A DNA stretch of 64,000 nucleotides, from positions 61,690,001-61,754,000 of the forward strand of contig NC_043003.1 in the NCBI RefSeq assembly GCF_006345805.1, read 5' to 3'. Positions within the stretch are counted from its first letter, which is position 1. Every line of letters begins with the position of its first letter. The position numbers and the translations under genes were made by a program. Origin of the DNA: Octopus sinensis. Taxonomy: Eukaryota. Of this stretch, positions 38,790-51,257 are shown piece by piece. Under the pieces are notes generated by a model that ran no database searches, had not been told where the DNA came from, and saw only the letters and a list, made by a program, of their open reading frames with translations.

Positions 38790-39325
38790 TGGTAAAAACG
38801 GTAAGATAACAAAAGAAAGAAAGAGACCTCAATATTATGTAAATAGTAGAAATTTATCTGTAAATTAATATGTGACAATTATACAATAGCCAAGATAAAA
38901 CTCTGAGTTTCGGATGCCGAAGTGGAAATCCACAACACCATCTCTTCGGTTATCTGGCCATCTGAAAAATGCTATGAAAAAATACCATTATATAAGGGAA
39001 ATTAGTGTGTTATAATTCCGCTACTTATATAAATTAAGATTAAATTTTCATAGTGACATATAAGTACGCACGTGGGTGCATGAGTGCACATGTGAGCGTA
39101 TGAGTAGCCATGCTTACGTGTTTACTATGAACTTTTAATCTTAATTTATATAAGTAGCGAAATTATAACACAGTAATTTCCCTTTATATAACGGTATTTT
39201 TTCATAGTGTTTTTCAGATGGCCAGATAACTGAAGAGATGGTGTTGTGGATTTCCACTTCGGCATCTGAAACTCAGAGTTTTATCTTGGCTATTGTATAA
39301 TTGTCACATATTAATTGACAGATAT
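38790..39325. mobile_element. Fold-back element 2 with an HHR in each arm
   Basis: Arms ~38855-39053 and ~39124-39325; unique left extension at 38790-38854; (TA)n on both sides. Confidence 0.85.
39221..39290 (+). ncRNA. Type I hammerhead ribozyme (mirror copy at 38889-38958, minus)
   Basis: gccagataa CTGAAGA gatg..gtggatttccac..catct GAAA ctcagag TT ttatcttggc; stem I 5+4 bp, GUU site. Confidence 0.78.
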
Positions 39326-40030
39326 ATTTATATATATATTTATACAGACACACACATATATATAAATTAACATAATAAATATCTGATTAATATCTGTTAT
39401 CATTATTGTGCGGTGGTGGTGGGTGATAATAATTCACTGTTGTAAAAGCCCTGTGGCGGGAATATTTAAACTTCAAGGGAGTGAAATATATTTCCGACAC
39501 AATATAATCATTTACTATTTTGTTCCACTCCATTAATCACACTTGCAGGTGTCAACGCTTTCTCTCTATAGATACAGAAAGATGTAAAGAGAGAGAGAGA
39601 GAGAGAGAGGCTGGAGGTGAAAGAGCAACAGAGAGACAGTAAATACGGAGAGGGAAAGAGAGTGAGTAGAAGCTGTCAAAAGCCATTATAAAGATAAAGA
39701 GGAGGGAAGGGGGAAAGAGAGAGATGGAAGAAAAAAGAGTGATAACCGTAAGAGAGAAACAACAAACACAACAAACACCGTTTAAAGACAATGAATTTTC
39801 ACTCTTTCTGCCATAGCAACCACACCTTTATAGCTTGCAAATTTTAACCTTTGTGTGTCTCATCCTCACCACATATTTAGTATCCCTGCCAATTTTCAGC
39901 TCGATCCTAGCCTGGTTTGGCCACCATAAACTGTCAAAGCAAAATGTGTATACAATTGTCATCCAAGGACTGTTTTATAGATATAGATAAGTATACATCA
40001 TCATTTAAAGTCTGCTTAGATACTATATAA

Positions 40031-40862
40031 GGGCAGGAGAGGCTGTGTGGTAAGTAGCTTGCTGACCAACCATATGGTTGCGGCTTCAGTCCCACTGCGT
40101 GACACCTTGGGCAAGTGTCTTCAACTATAGCCTCAAGCCGACCAAAGCCTTGTGAGTGGATTTGGTAGACGGAAACTGAAACAAGCCCGTCGTATATATA
40201 TATATATATATAGGCGCAGGAGTGGCTGTGTGGTAAGTAGCTTGCTAACCAACCACATGGTTCCGGGTTCAGTCCCACTGCGTGGCATCTTGGGCAAGTG
40301 TCTTCTGCTATAGCCCCGGGCCGACCAATGCCTTGTGAGTGAATTTGGTAGACGGAAACTGAAAGAAGCCTGTCGTATATATGTATATATATATATATAT
40401 ATGTATGTATGTGTGTGTACGTGTTTGTGTGTTTGTGTTTGTCTCCCTAGCATTGCTTGACAACTGATGCTGGTATGTTTACGTCCCCGTCATTTAGTGG
40501 TTCGGCAAAAAGAGATCGATAGAATAAGTACTGGGCTTAAAAAGAATAAGTTCCAGGGTCGATTTGCTCGACTAAAGGCGGTGCTCCAGTATGGCCGCAG
40601 TCAAATGACTGAAACAAGTAAAAGAGAGTAAAAAAGAAAGAGATATGTATGTGTAAGTTTGTGTGTCTGTGTTTGTCCCCATACTATTGCTTGACAACTG
40701 ATATTAGTGTGTTTGCCACCCTGTAACTTAGCGGTTCAGCAAAGAACCAATAGAATAAGTACTAGACTTATAAAGAATAAAACCTGGGGTCAATTTGTTT
40801 GACTAAAGGCAGTACTGCAGCATGGCCGCAGTCAAATGACTGAAACAAATAAAAGAATAAAA
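40031..40862 (+). mobile_element. SINE array: head only, full copy (40213-40627), tail only
   Basis: Three consecutive modules separated by TA/TG tracts. Confidence 0.88.
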
Positions 40863-40922
40863 CGAATATATCATCCTCGTCATCATCCTCATCATTATCA
40901 TTTAACATCCACTTTGATGATA

Positions 40923-41876
40923 CATCATCATCATCATCATCATTTAGCGTCCGCTTTCCATGCTAGCATGGGTTGGACGGTTCAACTGGGGTCTGTGAAG
41001 CCAGAAGGCTGCATCAGGCCCAGTCTGATCTGGCAGTGTTTCTACGGCTGGATGCCCTTCCTAACGCCAACCACTCCATGAATGTAGTGGGTGCTTTTTA
41101 TGTGCCACCCGCACAGGTGCCAGACGGAGCTGGCAAACGGCCACGAACGGACGGTGCTTTTTACATGCCACCGGCATGGGGGCCAGGCGAGGCTGCAATG
41201 GTCACGAACGGATGGTGCTATGTGCCACCGGCACGGGGGCCAGGCGAGGCTGGCAACGGCCACGAACGGATGGTGCTATGTGCCACCAGCACGGGGGCCA
41301 GGCGAGGCTGGCAATGGCCACGAACGGACGGTGGTTTTTACATGCCACCGGCACGGAGCCCAGTCAGGGCGGCACTGGCAACGGCCACGATTGGATGGTT
41401 CGCTTACTTGTCACCAGCACTGGTATCACAGCTGCAATTTCCATTGATGTTGATCAACTTCGATTTTGGTTCTGCTTTCTGATATCTGATTTGATTTGGT
41501 TTGATTTTGATTTTGATTTTCACTTGCCTCAACGGGTCTTCACAAGTGGAGTTTTGTGTCCCAAGAAGGAAAGGTATGTATAAGTCGACTGGCTACGTAC
41601 CAGGTAAAGGCCACGGGTTATGGTCTAACTAGTCTTGCTGGGTCTTCTCACGCACAGCATACTTCCATAGGTCTTGGCCTCTAATCATTTCCTTGGTAAG
41701 ACCTAAAGTTCGAAGGTCGTGCTTCCCCACCTCGTCCCAGGTTTTCCTGGGTCTACGTCTTCCACAGGTTCCCTCAACTGCTAGGGTGTGGCACTTTTGC
41801 ACACAACTATCTTCAGCCATTCTTGTCACATGACCATACCAGCGCAAACGTCTCTCTTGCACACCACAACTGATGC
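40923..41876 (-). mobile_element. 5'-truncated RTE LINE (ORF end + VNTR 3' UTR + CAT tail)
   Basis: QERRLRWYGHVTRMAEDSCVQKC..GRRRPRKTW at 41629-41862. Confidence 0.9.
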
Positions 41877-42064
41877 TTATATTTCTTTATTTACTAGGTA
41901 TGAAGCTATGTAAGTGATTCAAGGTCCCAGAGTGTCATGCAACAGTTTTTCTAAAATCAATAAAGAAGCACTATATGCATTGAGTTTTATTTTCTCTGTT
42001 TGAATCAGCAAACCTATACAGCCACATCGATGTATACATCAAATATATATATATATATATGATG

Positions 42065-42612
42065 TACGAGTGGTTGTGTGGTAAGTAGATTGCTTACCAA
42101 CCACATGGTTCCAGGTTCAGGCACACTATGTGACACCTTGGGCAAGTGTCTACTACTATATCCTCGGGCTGACCAAAGCCTTATGAGTGTATTTGGCAGA
42201 CAGAAACTGAAAGAAGCCCATTGTATATATATATATGCATGTATGCATGTATGTGTCTGTGTTTGTCCCAACCATCACTTGACAACCGATGTTGGTGTGT
42301 TTACATCCTTATAACTTAGCGGTTCGTCAAAAAAGATAGAATAAGTACTAGGCTTACAAAGAATAAGCCCTGGGGTTGATTTATTTGATTAAATGTGGTA
42401 CTCCAGCATGGCCACAGTCAAATGACTGAAACAAATAAAAGTATAAAAGAATACGAGTGGCTGGGTGGTAAGTAGCTTGCTTACCAGCCACATGGCTCCG
42501 GGTTCAGTCACATTGTGTGACACCTTGGGCAAGTGTCTACTACTATAGCCTCGGGCTGACCAAAGCCTTATGAGTGTATTTGGCAGACGGAAACTGAAAG
42601 AAGCCCATCGTA

Positions 42613-42691
<79 letters not shown>

Positions 42692-42902
42692 ATATGTTTG
42701 TGTATCTGTGCTCGTCCCCCAACATTACTTGACAACCGACACTGGTGTGTTTATGTCCCTGTAACTTAGCAGTTTGGCAAAAGAAACTGATAGAATAAGT
42801 ACAAGGCTTACAAAGACTAAGTCCTGGGGTTGATTTCTTCGACTAAAGGCAGTGCTCCAGCTTGGCTGCAGTCAAATGACAAACAAGTAAAAGAATAAAA
42901 GA
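42065..42902 (+). mobile_element. Two tandem head+tail A SINEs
   Basis: Copies at 42065-42450 and 42455-42902. Confidence 0.88.
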
Positions 42903-42929
42903 GTACACACACACACATACACACAAACA

Positions 42930-42981
42930 TAGATTGGTAGATAGGCAAGCAGGCAGGTAGGTAGGTAGGTAGGTAGGTAGG

Positions 42982-43037
<56 letters not shown>

Positions 43038-43042
43038 CAGAC

Positions 43043-43077
<35 letters not shown>

Positions 43078-43195
43078 TAGATAGACAGACAGACTGACAG
43101 ATAGATAGATAGACAGACAGATAGATAGTTAGATAGATAGACAGACAGATAGACAAACAGACAGATAGATAGACAGATAGATAGATGTATATATA
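42930..43195. repeat. (GGTA)(GATA)(GACA)n tetranucleotide tract
   Basis: Read directly from the sequence. Confidence 0.92.
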
Positions 43196-43249
43196 CATAT
43201 ACAAACACACGCAGATAGACAGATGTGTTTGTATATCATTTTTCAATGT

Positions 43250-43800
43250 ATATCAATGAAGGTTACAAACATTGGTGAGAAGTCCCTTGTCGCTCTCATT
43301 GTCAAAAACACAGTGCACCAGTAACTAACCCATTGCAAACCAATCACCAATGATCCTATTGTTCGTAAAAAAGTTTTTTTTTATTCCTAATGATCCTATT
43401 TCTCATAATGATCTTATTGTTCATAACGATCCTATTGTTTATAAGTAATGATTTGGATGGGAACAAATAAAATATGTAGTTACAAAAACACCATCAATTT
43501 CACTTCCAATTTATTTTCTTAGCTTGATTGAAAAACTGTCTTTCTATATATGCTGTGTATTTTCTTTTTTCTTTTTTTTTTTTTTGCGCACTGCACAATC
43601 CAAATGGTTGGCATGGAGTTGTTCTGCAACACACTTCAACCTCTGGCCTGCAGATGTGCTTTCTGCACTCTCTGCCTTTGCTATAGCAACCACAGTAGTC
43701 TCTGCACTTTGAGTTTGGTTGATTCATACAACCACCAGCATGGATCACCCGACTAGTTCATCTCTCCTCTCGTCATATGCATTCTATCTGTCAGGTGCAC
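43250..43800 (-). mobile_element. Possible integrase-type DNA transposon end (Ginger-like) with subterminal repeats
   Basis: Four aatgatcctattgtt-like repeats at 43349-43440; frameshifted AKAES..GQ..CCRTTPC..CS Cys-rich tail. Confidence 0.25.
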
Positions 43801-44249
43801 TGCTTCAAGAATTTCTAAAGTAACAGAATAAAAAAATATTAAACTCAGAAAAGACTTCGGTAAATTCCTTCATATATTTTGTTAGCAATCTAAGAAATAA
43901 ATCTTGCTTCAAATCTTAATGAAAAATTTATCCTCTTAATCAAATGTTTTTTCATTCACATTTTCATGTTCACTTGAGGAGGATACATTTTGTAAATTTG
44001 GATGTGTGTATATGAATTTTATTTTTATAATTGGAGACCCTAAATACATTTTGTAAAGGAAGGAAGGAATTTATTGTTCTCTTAATTATAAAGCAACATT
44101 GTCGAGAGGTTGGTAAAATTCCAGAAACCTAAATGGAACATTGTAAGGTAGGTTCTAAGCTGAAATCCCTAAATAAAAAGAAAAGTAACAACCAAGACAC
44201 AAATGGATCAAAGATTTTGGAATAAGCATGAAAAAGATGGGATACACCT

Positions 44250-44600
44250 GAAATCATCAACATCCACTTTCTCATGCTTTCAGAGGGAATTTCTTGAGGC
44301 TGATGCCCTTCCTGTCCACAACCCTCACCTGTTTCTAAGCGAGTTAATATTTCCCCCCTGGTTAGACATGTTTTTCACGAAAGAGTAGAAACAAACAACC
44401 TAGTTTGTATAACAATGATGTTCATTTACAACCATCACATGATGTCTAGGCAAGGGGCCACAAAAACATTTTTATTTGCCAAATCCACTTACAAGCTTTT
44501 GGTCAACCCAGAGCTATTACTGAAGACTCTTGCCCAAGATGCTAAAGTGCCAAGATCACATGGTTGGGAAGCAAGCTTGATGCTACTTAAGCATGTTGTC
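44250..44600 (-). mobile_element. Bipartite SINE (head + tail B), diverged
   Basis: gatgcccttcctgtccacaaccctcacctgtttc.. followed by reverse head. Confidence 0.65.
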
Positions 44601-44718
44601 TACCACAGTGTCTGTAGTCTATGTCATGAAATGACCTGATCTATTGAGAGAGACCTCAGCTGTTTTTGTGATTTCTCAAGGTATGAATTTATTACCTGTC
44701 TTTTTTCTTTTCTTTTTT

Positions 44719-45092
44719 CTCTTTTACTTGTTTCAGTCATTTGACTGCGGCCATGCTGGAGCACTGCCTTTAGTTGAGCAAATCAACCCTCGGACTTATT
44801 CTTTGGAAGCCTAGTACTTATTCTATCGGTCTCTTTTGCCAAACCGCTAAGTTACAGGGACATAAATACATCACTATCAGTTGTCAAGCAATGTTGGGGG
44901 GACAAACACAGACACACAAACATATATACATATATACGATGGGCTTTCAGTTTCTACCAAATCCACTCACAAGGCTTTGGTTGGCCCGAGGCGATAGTAG
45001 AAGACACTTGCCCAAGGTGCCACGCAGTGGGAATGAACCTAGAACCATGTGGTTGGTAAGCAAGCTACTTATCACACAGCCACTCCTACGCC
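44719..45092 (-). mobile_element. Head+tail A SINE, full length
   Basis: Matches the family consensus. Confidence 0.9.
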
Positions 45093-45636
45093 TATGCTTT
45101 TTTTTGTGTGTTACCTTTTGACCAGTCAGTATTCCTGATTAGTCGATATAAAAGATCAATCAGCTATCAACCACATCAGTATCTTCTTCAAATTCAAGCC
45201 AATAACACACTTTACCTACTACAATGTTGTTAACATATAATAAGTGCCGAGAGGTATGTGAAACCATTGCTTCTCATCATCAACAAGGAAAGATGGTTGG
45301 AAGAAATGATAGCACATTCAGACAGTCAAGGCAGGATTTGCTGATTGACAGAGATACAACTATGTGAGAATGCTAAATGGCACCAATGCTTCTCTCTCTG
45401 AAGTTAGTGATGCAGATGCACAAAGCAACAGGAACCATGGATGTAAAATTAATGGCCCTTGAGGATTTACTCTCAAACAGAAACTCTGTCTGTTGATATT
45501 TTTATATGGAACAGCATGACAGAAACACCCTATTACCAACCACTGAGCAAGAATGTGAAAAAGATACAGTGATTCATTTGGATGTATGACCTACATATAG
45601 TAATCTAATTAATTGCTTGTATTGACTTATAAGCCT

Positions 45637-45822
45637 TTAACTCTTTCGCATTTAAAGTGGTCATATCCAGTTTTATGTTTAATATAGCCAGATCTGGCCA
45701 CCCACACATACCTTACAATGTTGTTGTTGTTGTAGGTGTAAGAGGCTTGATCTGGCCAGTTTGAACATGAAATAGGTAGAATGTTTAGGCTGGATATCGC
45801 TGGTTTAAATGCTAAAGGTTTA
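45637..45822. mobile_element. Fold-back piggyBac-like MITE
   Basis: ttaactctttcgcatttaaa..gccagatc..tacaa (ttg)n ttgtagg..gatctggcc..tttaaatgctaaaggttta. Confidence 0.55.
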
Positions 45823-46809
45823 GAGAAAATGAGAGATGGGTGCCACAAATTTCTTAGCCACACAGCCACACTTATGCTTATATCAACTTGAAAAGACTTG
45901 GCAGGAAGCTGTCAGGAAAATCTACTGAGGGCAGCCTATGACAAAAATAAGCAAAAACGTAAGAAACTAAAGGTTATTTCGAAAAAGTAAGAATTGTAAT
46001 TAAAGACACTGCTACAAAAATCTACAAACTGATAGCTCAAATAATGATAAGGAAAGAAATAATTTTCGGTTGCAATGGATAATGCACATATTAAAAGATA
46101 ATGAATGCAGAACAGAGTGAGACAGTTAGGAATGGTTCAGAATAAAGAAGTATTTATCAATCTAATAACAGAATACTCACTCAATACATAGCTTAAGAAT
46201 TTATGTGTGTTTGAGTTAGTGTGAGAGAGAGAGAGAAGGAAAGCATGTGTATGTGTGGGGGAAGGGTGCGCATGTGCGTGCACAAAGATAATTTATCTAA
46301 GATAACAAGGCAAAGAATAAGCTTTCTCATTTTGTCATAAAATATGAAAATGCTGATATTTCTAATAATGTTGAGAGTCAAATATTTCAAAATTTCTTTC
46401 ATGATTACATGATTGGTAAAATTACTCAAGCAGTTTTCAATCTTTGCTCAGTTCTCTATACATCATTCATTCCTCCAAGACATTTATTACACAGTTTTGA
46501 CTCTGTACACTTGTTGACCAACACCCAATAACTAGCAATAGTAGAAAGAAGACACTAACAGTGTTCAATGACTGCAATGATTTTGTTTTGTTAAACTGAC
46601 GTTAATGATTTATTATTGCAAATAATCATGTGGAAATTATTTGAAATTGTCTGTGGCATATATTAAATTGTAATCTTCAGACATATGGTCAAAAAATATT
46701 TCAAGAAATAAAAAGCACATATTTCCTTCAGTTCTTGACTGTAAAGGATTTTCTGCAATGAAAATTTCTCTAGTCATGTTCAATTTCTAAAAGTTTTTTC
46801 TGATAAGTG

Positions 46810-47202
46810 TAGGCATGGCTGTGTGGTTAATAAACTTGTTTTGCACTAATGTGGGTTCGAAGTTAAGTCTCACTGTGTGGTGTCTTGCATGATATCTCAG
46901 GCAAAACAACGCATTGTGAGTGAATATGGTTGATGGAAACTGTGCAGATGCCTTGCATATGAATATATGTATGTGCATGTGTGTGTGCATGCATGTGTGT
47001 GTGTTTGCCCCCTCATCAAAAAAAAGCAGTTAACTGGTTTTGGTTTATTTATGTTGTAATTAGGAGTTCAAAGAAAGAGACTAATAAAATAAGTAACAAA
47101 CTTTAAAAAATAAGCACTGGGCTAAATTTCTTTGACTAAGCCCTTCATGACAGTGCCCCAGTATGGCCATGGTCCAATGACTGAAACAAGGCAAAGATAA
47201 AA
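46810..47202 (+). mobile_element. Head+tail A SINE, diverged
   Basis: Family motifs present. Confidence 0.75.
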
Positions 47203-47236
47203 GTAAGGATTACATTCGGGAATATTTTTGTTATTT

Positions 47237-47435
47237 CATCATCATCATCATCATCGTTTAACGTGTCCGTTTTCCATACTAGCATGGGTTGGACGGTTCG
47301 ACCGGGGTGTGGGAAAGCCAGGAGGCTGCACCAGGCTCCAGTCTGATCTGGCAGTGTTTCTACAGCTGGATGCCCTTCCTAACGCCAACCACTCTGTGAA
47401 TGTAGTGGGTGCTTTTTACGTGCCACTGGCACAGG
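47237..47435 (-). mobile_element. RTE 3' tip
   Basis: (cat)n gtttaacgtgtccg..gcatgggttggacgg..gatgcccttcctaacgccaacc. Confidence 0.85.
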
Positions 47436-48848
47436 GGCAAACTTCAACAGCTGAGTTAGAAGAGGAAGAGAAAGTGTCTTTGATCCTTCTTAGAACCTCC
47501 AAGGAGAGAAGGGATGAAGTTTCCTTCAGAAGAGAGACCTCATGCAACAGAGTGGACCTGTCTATAAAAAACAGGGGAACTCAAGAGCTAGATAATGGTA
47601 TTAAACCAAGTAACCTGGCTGAAACCAGCTCTGGCTCTCAGTACAAATGTCTTGTTTTCATCAGTTTTGAATTAAAATCTTCCACCAAACTTTAATCATA
47701 ATTTATGTTCCTAACACTGGCTGAATGATAATTAAGTTATTTTAGTAAATTCTTTGTTATATTTAAAGTAATTGAAAGAAAAAGAGAGCATCTCAAAATA
47801 AATACAGTAATGAAAGGGTTAAGTCAACTGATCAAGAACTGGAACAGTGCCTCCAATATTCTGGTTCTTCCACATTCTCTGCCAAGTAAATTTCACCTGT
47901 AAGGTATTGGTCAACCCAAAGTCTTAGCAGAAGACATCTGCCCAAACTACTAAGGTAGAACTTGAAACCAAGTAACTGCAATGCGAACTTCTTAGCCACA
48001 GTGCTATGTATGCAGCATCTTAACAAAATGCACACTAATGTGTGTATATATTTATATAGGTGTGCATGTATGTATATTTATATGAGGCACAGGCATAGCT
48101 GTGTGGTAAGAAGACTGCTCCCTAACCATACGATTCTGGGTTCAGTTCCATGCATGGCACCTTGAGCAAGTGACTTCTACTATAGCCTCAGGCCAACCAA
48201 AGCCTTGTGAGTGGATCTGGAAGATAGAAGCTGAAAGAAGCTTATCCAGTTGCAGAAACCATGCCATAACAGACAGTTGGAGTCCAGAGAGCTCCCTGCT
48301 AGTCAGTTCCATATCAAACCCATGCCGGCATGGAGAGCAGATGTTAAACAATAATGATGACAATGATGATACATACTGACATACATACTGACAGACAAAT
48401 AGATAGATACATACATACAGACAGACAGACAAATAGATAGATAGATAGATAGATAGATACATACATACATACATACATACATACATACATACATACATAC
48501 ATACAAATTTAGGGAACGGAGCAGGTAAACTCCAGGCCCCATTTTTCCTAGCTAACAGAACCTTGGAAGTAGTAATTACTCAATGAGGGGTGCTCCACTG
48601 TAGAATACCACTTGTTACCTACTCCATTCCCTAAATCTGAATTTTCATTTGCATGCACAGTAACCCAAGTTGCTAACTGTGAACTGTAAAATAACTTTTT
48701 CAAGTTTTTCAAAGTTTGATTATGGGGTAAAATTTGCAACCAATAAACCACTATAATTCCTGAAAGTTGTTTTTTATAACTTCTATGGAGTGTTCAAAGC
48801 ATACCTAACTTCTGACACCTGGACCCTTGGATGCTACCTTTACATATC

Positions 48849-48850
<2 letters not shown>

Positions 48851-48891
<41 letters not shown>

Positions 48892-49171
48892 CCCCCCCCC
48901 GTCATGACTGGCTACTGTGTCGGTGGCACGTAAAAAGCACCATCCGAATGTGCCCGATGCCAGTGTCACCTGAGGCTCCCATGCTGGTGGCATGCAAGAA
49001 GCACCTACTACACTCTCGGAGTGATTGGCATTAGGAAGGGCATCCAGCTGTAGAAACATTGCCAGATCAGATTGGAGCCTGGTGCGGCCTCCTGGCTTGC
49101 TAGTCTCCAGTCAAACCATCATGGAAAATGCCATCATGGAAAATGGATGTTAAACGATGATGATAATGATG

Positions 49172-49241
<70 letters not shown>

Positions 49242-49522
49242 GCCCCCCCCCGTCATGACTGGCTACTGTGTCGGTGGCACGTAAAAAGCACCATCCGAAT
49301 GTGCCCGATGCCAGTGTCACCTGAGGCTCCCATGCTGGTGGCATGCAAGAAGCACCTACTACACTCTCGGAGTGATTGGCATTAGGAAGGGCATCCAGCT
49401 GTAGAAACATTGCCAGATCAGATTGGAGCCTGGTGCGGCCTCCTGGCTTGCTAGTCTCCAGTCAAACCATCATGGAAAATGCCATCATGGAAAATGGATG
49501 TTAAACGATGATGATAATGATG

Positions 49523-49550
<28 letters not shown>
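48851..49550 (+). repeat. Tandem duplication (period 351 bp) of an RTE 3' tip with flanking microsatellites
   Basis: gccccccccc-gtcatgactgg at 48891 and 49242; the cores appear identical. Confidence 0.92.
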
Positions 49551-49582
<32 letters not shown>

Positions 49583-49739
49583 CCAGCTGTAGAGACTCTG
49601 CCAGATCAGATTGAAGTCTGGTGCAGCCATCTGGTTTGCCAGACCTCAGTCAAATTGTCCAACCCATGCTAGCATGGAAAGCAGATGTTAAACAATAATG
49701 ATGATGATGATGATGATGATATATATATAATTCTCTGTG

Positions 49740-49965
49740 TGTGTATCGATGTTTGTGCCCCATTCTCGCTTGACAACCAGTGTTGGTGTGTTTATTATCC
49801 CTGTAACTTAGTGGTTCGCTGAAAGAGATCAAGAGAATAAGCACCAGGCTTAAAAAGAAGAAATAAAAAAGCATTGGGGGTCAACTCATTCAACTAAACT
49901 TTCTTCAAGGCAGTGCTCCAGCATGGCTGCAGTCCAATGATCAAAGCAAGTAAAAGATAAAAGTT
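49740..49965 (+). mobile_element. SINE tail A
   Basis: cttgacaacc..aataagcaccaggct..gcatggctgcagtcc. Confidence 0.75.
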
Positions 49966-50399
49966 AAGAGATCATTTAGTAAGCAAGGTGGTACTTCAGA
50001 CAAACTTTGCTTGTTCACAAGCTCTTTTGGAAAAATCTATCTGGTCACTTTTGAATCGTCTGAAATTACCAAATCAACACTTCAGTACTGTTGCTCTTCT
50101 TTATTGATAAGTTAATATATTTTCATATTCAACTGTGTAACAATTTCAATGTAGAATACTGCCTTAGGTAAATCAACAATTTCCTTGTTCAAACGTGTTG
50201 AAATTTTTTTTTGCCCAATATTATTTCAATAACATTAAGACCATTCATGTGTCATCTGGGAATTAATTTAGATCTATATCGAGTAAGATGATTTCAGTTA
50301 TATGATCACAATTATCCAAATGAAGAATCGATTTATTGAATTATCTTTAGATGTTGTGTATATGAACACACTTAGCCTTTGTGTGAAAGCATAAGTTAA

Positions 50400-50641
50400 A
50401 ACATATGATCAGCAACGAGTCTGTCAAGATTTTGTCATTTTCAGTATTGAATAATATATAATGAATTGGCTTGGTCCGAATGGAGTTCCACTGTTTCATA
50501 TGCTGTCAAAGTTGAAAGTGCTTCCCACACACTTCCAAGAATACTAGTTTGATTTAGATCATCTCTCAACAGGAATATTTTCTCACCAAATAGTTGAGTA
50601 TCAATGAAAATTTCTTGTACTAACAGGTTCATGTATTTCAA
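50400..50641 (-). pseudogene. Possible hAT transposase C-terminal (dimerisation) relic
   Basis: ILGSVWEALSTLTAYET..QNLDRLVAD resembles ..CE.GFS.L..K..RN.L..P..DRL. Confidence 0.3.
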
Positions 50642-51193
50642 AAGTGAGATATGACAAACACGAATGCCTCATGAATAATAAATGGTAACTCTTTGAAATT
50701 GTAAGATTCCTGTGAATTAATTTTTGTGCTAAATATTTTAATTTTGAATTAATAAAATTGTTTTACTATCAATCACTAAATTTGGTGCTGTGTGTGTGTA
50801 GTAGTAGTAGTAAGTGGCTGCAAAATTTTTTTCCTTGACCATTCAAGTCATCAGAGTATTGTATTTAGGTCTTGCCAAGATTTTGTGTGTCTTTTCATGA
50901 GATTAAAAACATGGAATAATGCCAAAATTGTTTTAGTATACTGGAAACATCTTATGGACTCTTGAGTCCATTCAGAATCGTTTTCCACTGTCTTTCAATT
51001 GATTGCTGTCAATGTCTGAATTAGCATACAACTGTCTTCAGGTCATTAACAATTTTTAACTATGATCATGGCTGTGTGATTTAGAAGTTTGTCTCTTAAA
51101 CATAAAATTTCAGGTCAGTCTTCAAGTATAACAAATGGCCAACCATATCCTTGTAAGTGGATCTTGTAGACGGAAACTGAAAAGAAGCCAGTT

Positions 51194-51236
<43 letters not shown>

Positions 51237-51257
51237 TACACACACACATAAAATTTA

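Noticed and set aside
37920-38949. Same U4-to-C change (A-to-G on the plus strand) in the left-arm HHR of fold-backs 1 and 2 as an ADAR footprint
   Set aside because: Only two events, and the other arm differences are transitions in both directions
41085-41400. CRISPR-like array (also 59690-60060 and 62915-63260)
   Set aside because: Tandem units without unique spacers, inside a LINE 3' UTR of a eukaryote
41898-41909. 12-nt microexon (tactag|GTATGAAGCTAT|gtaagt)
   Set aside because: Short tract directly beside a LINE truncation; such matches are expected by chance without RNA data
47228-47695. 155-aa ORF
   Set aside because: A mosaic of RTE tip, an unidentified purine-rich segment and a MITE; no domain recognised
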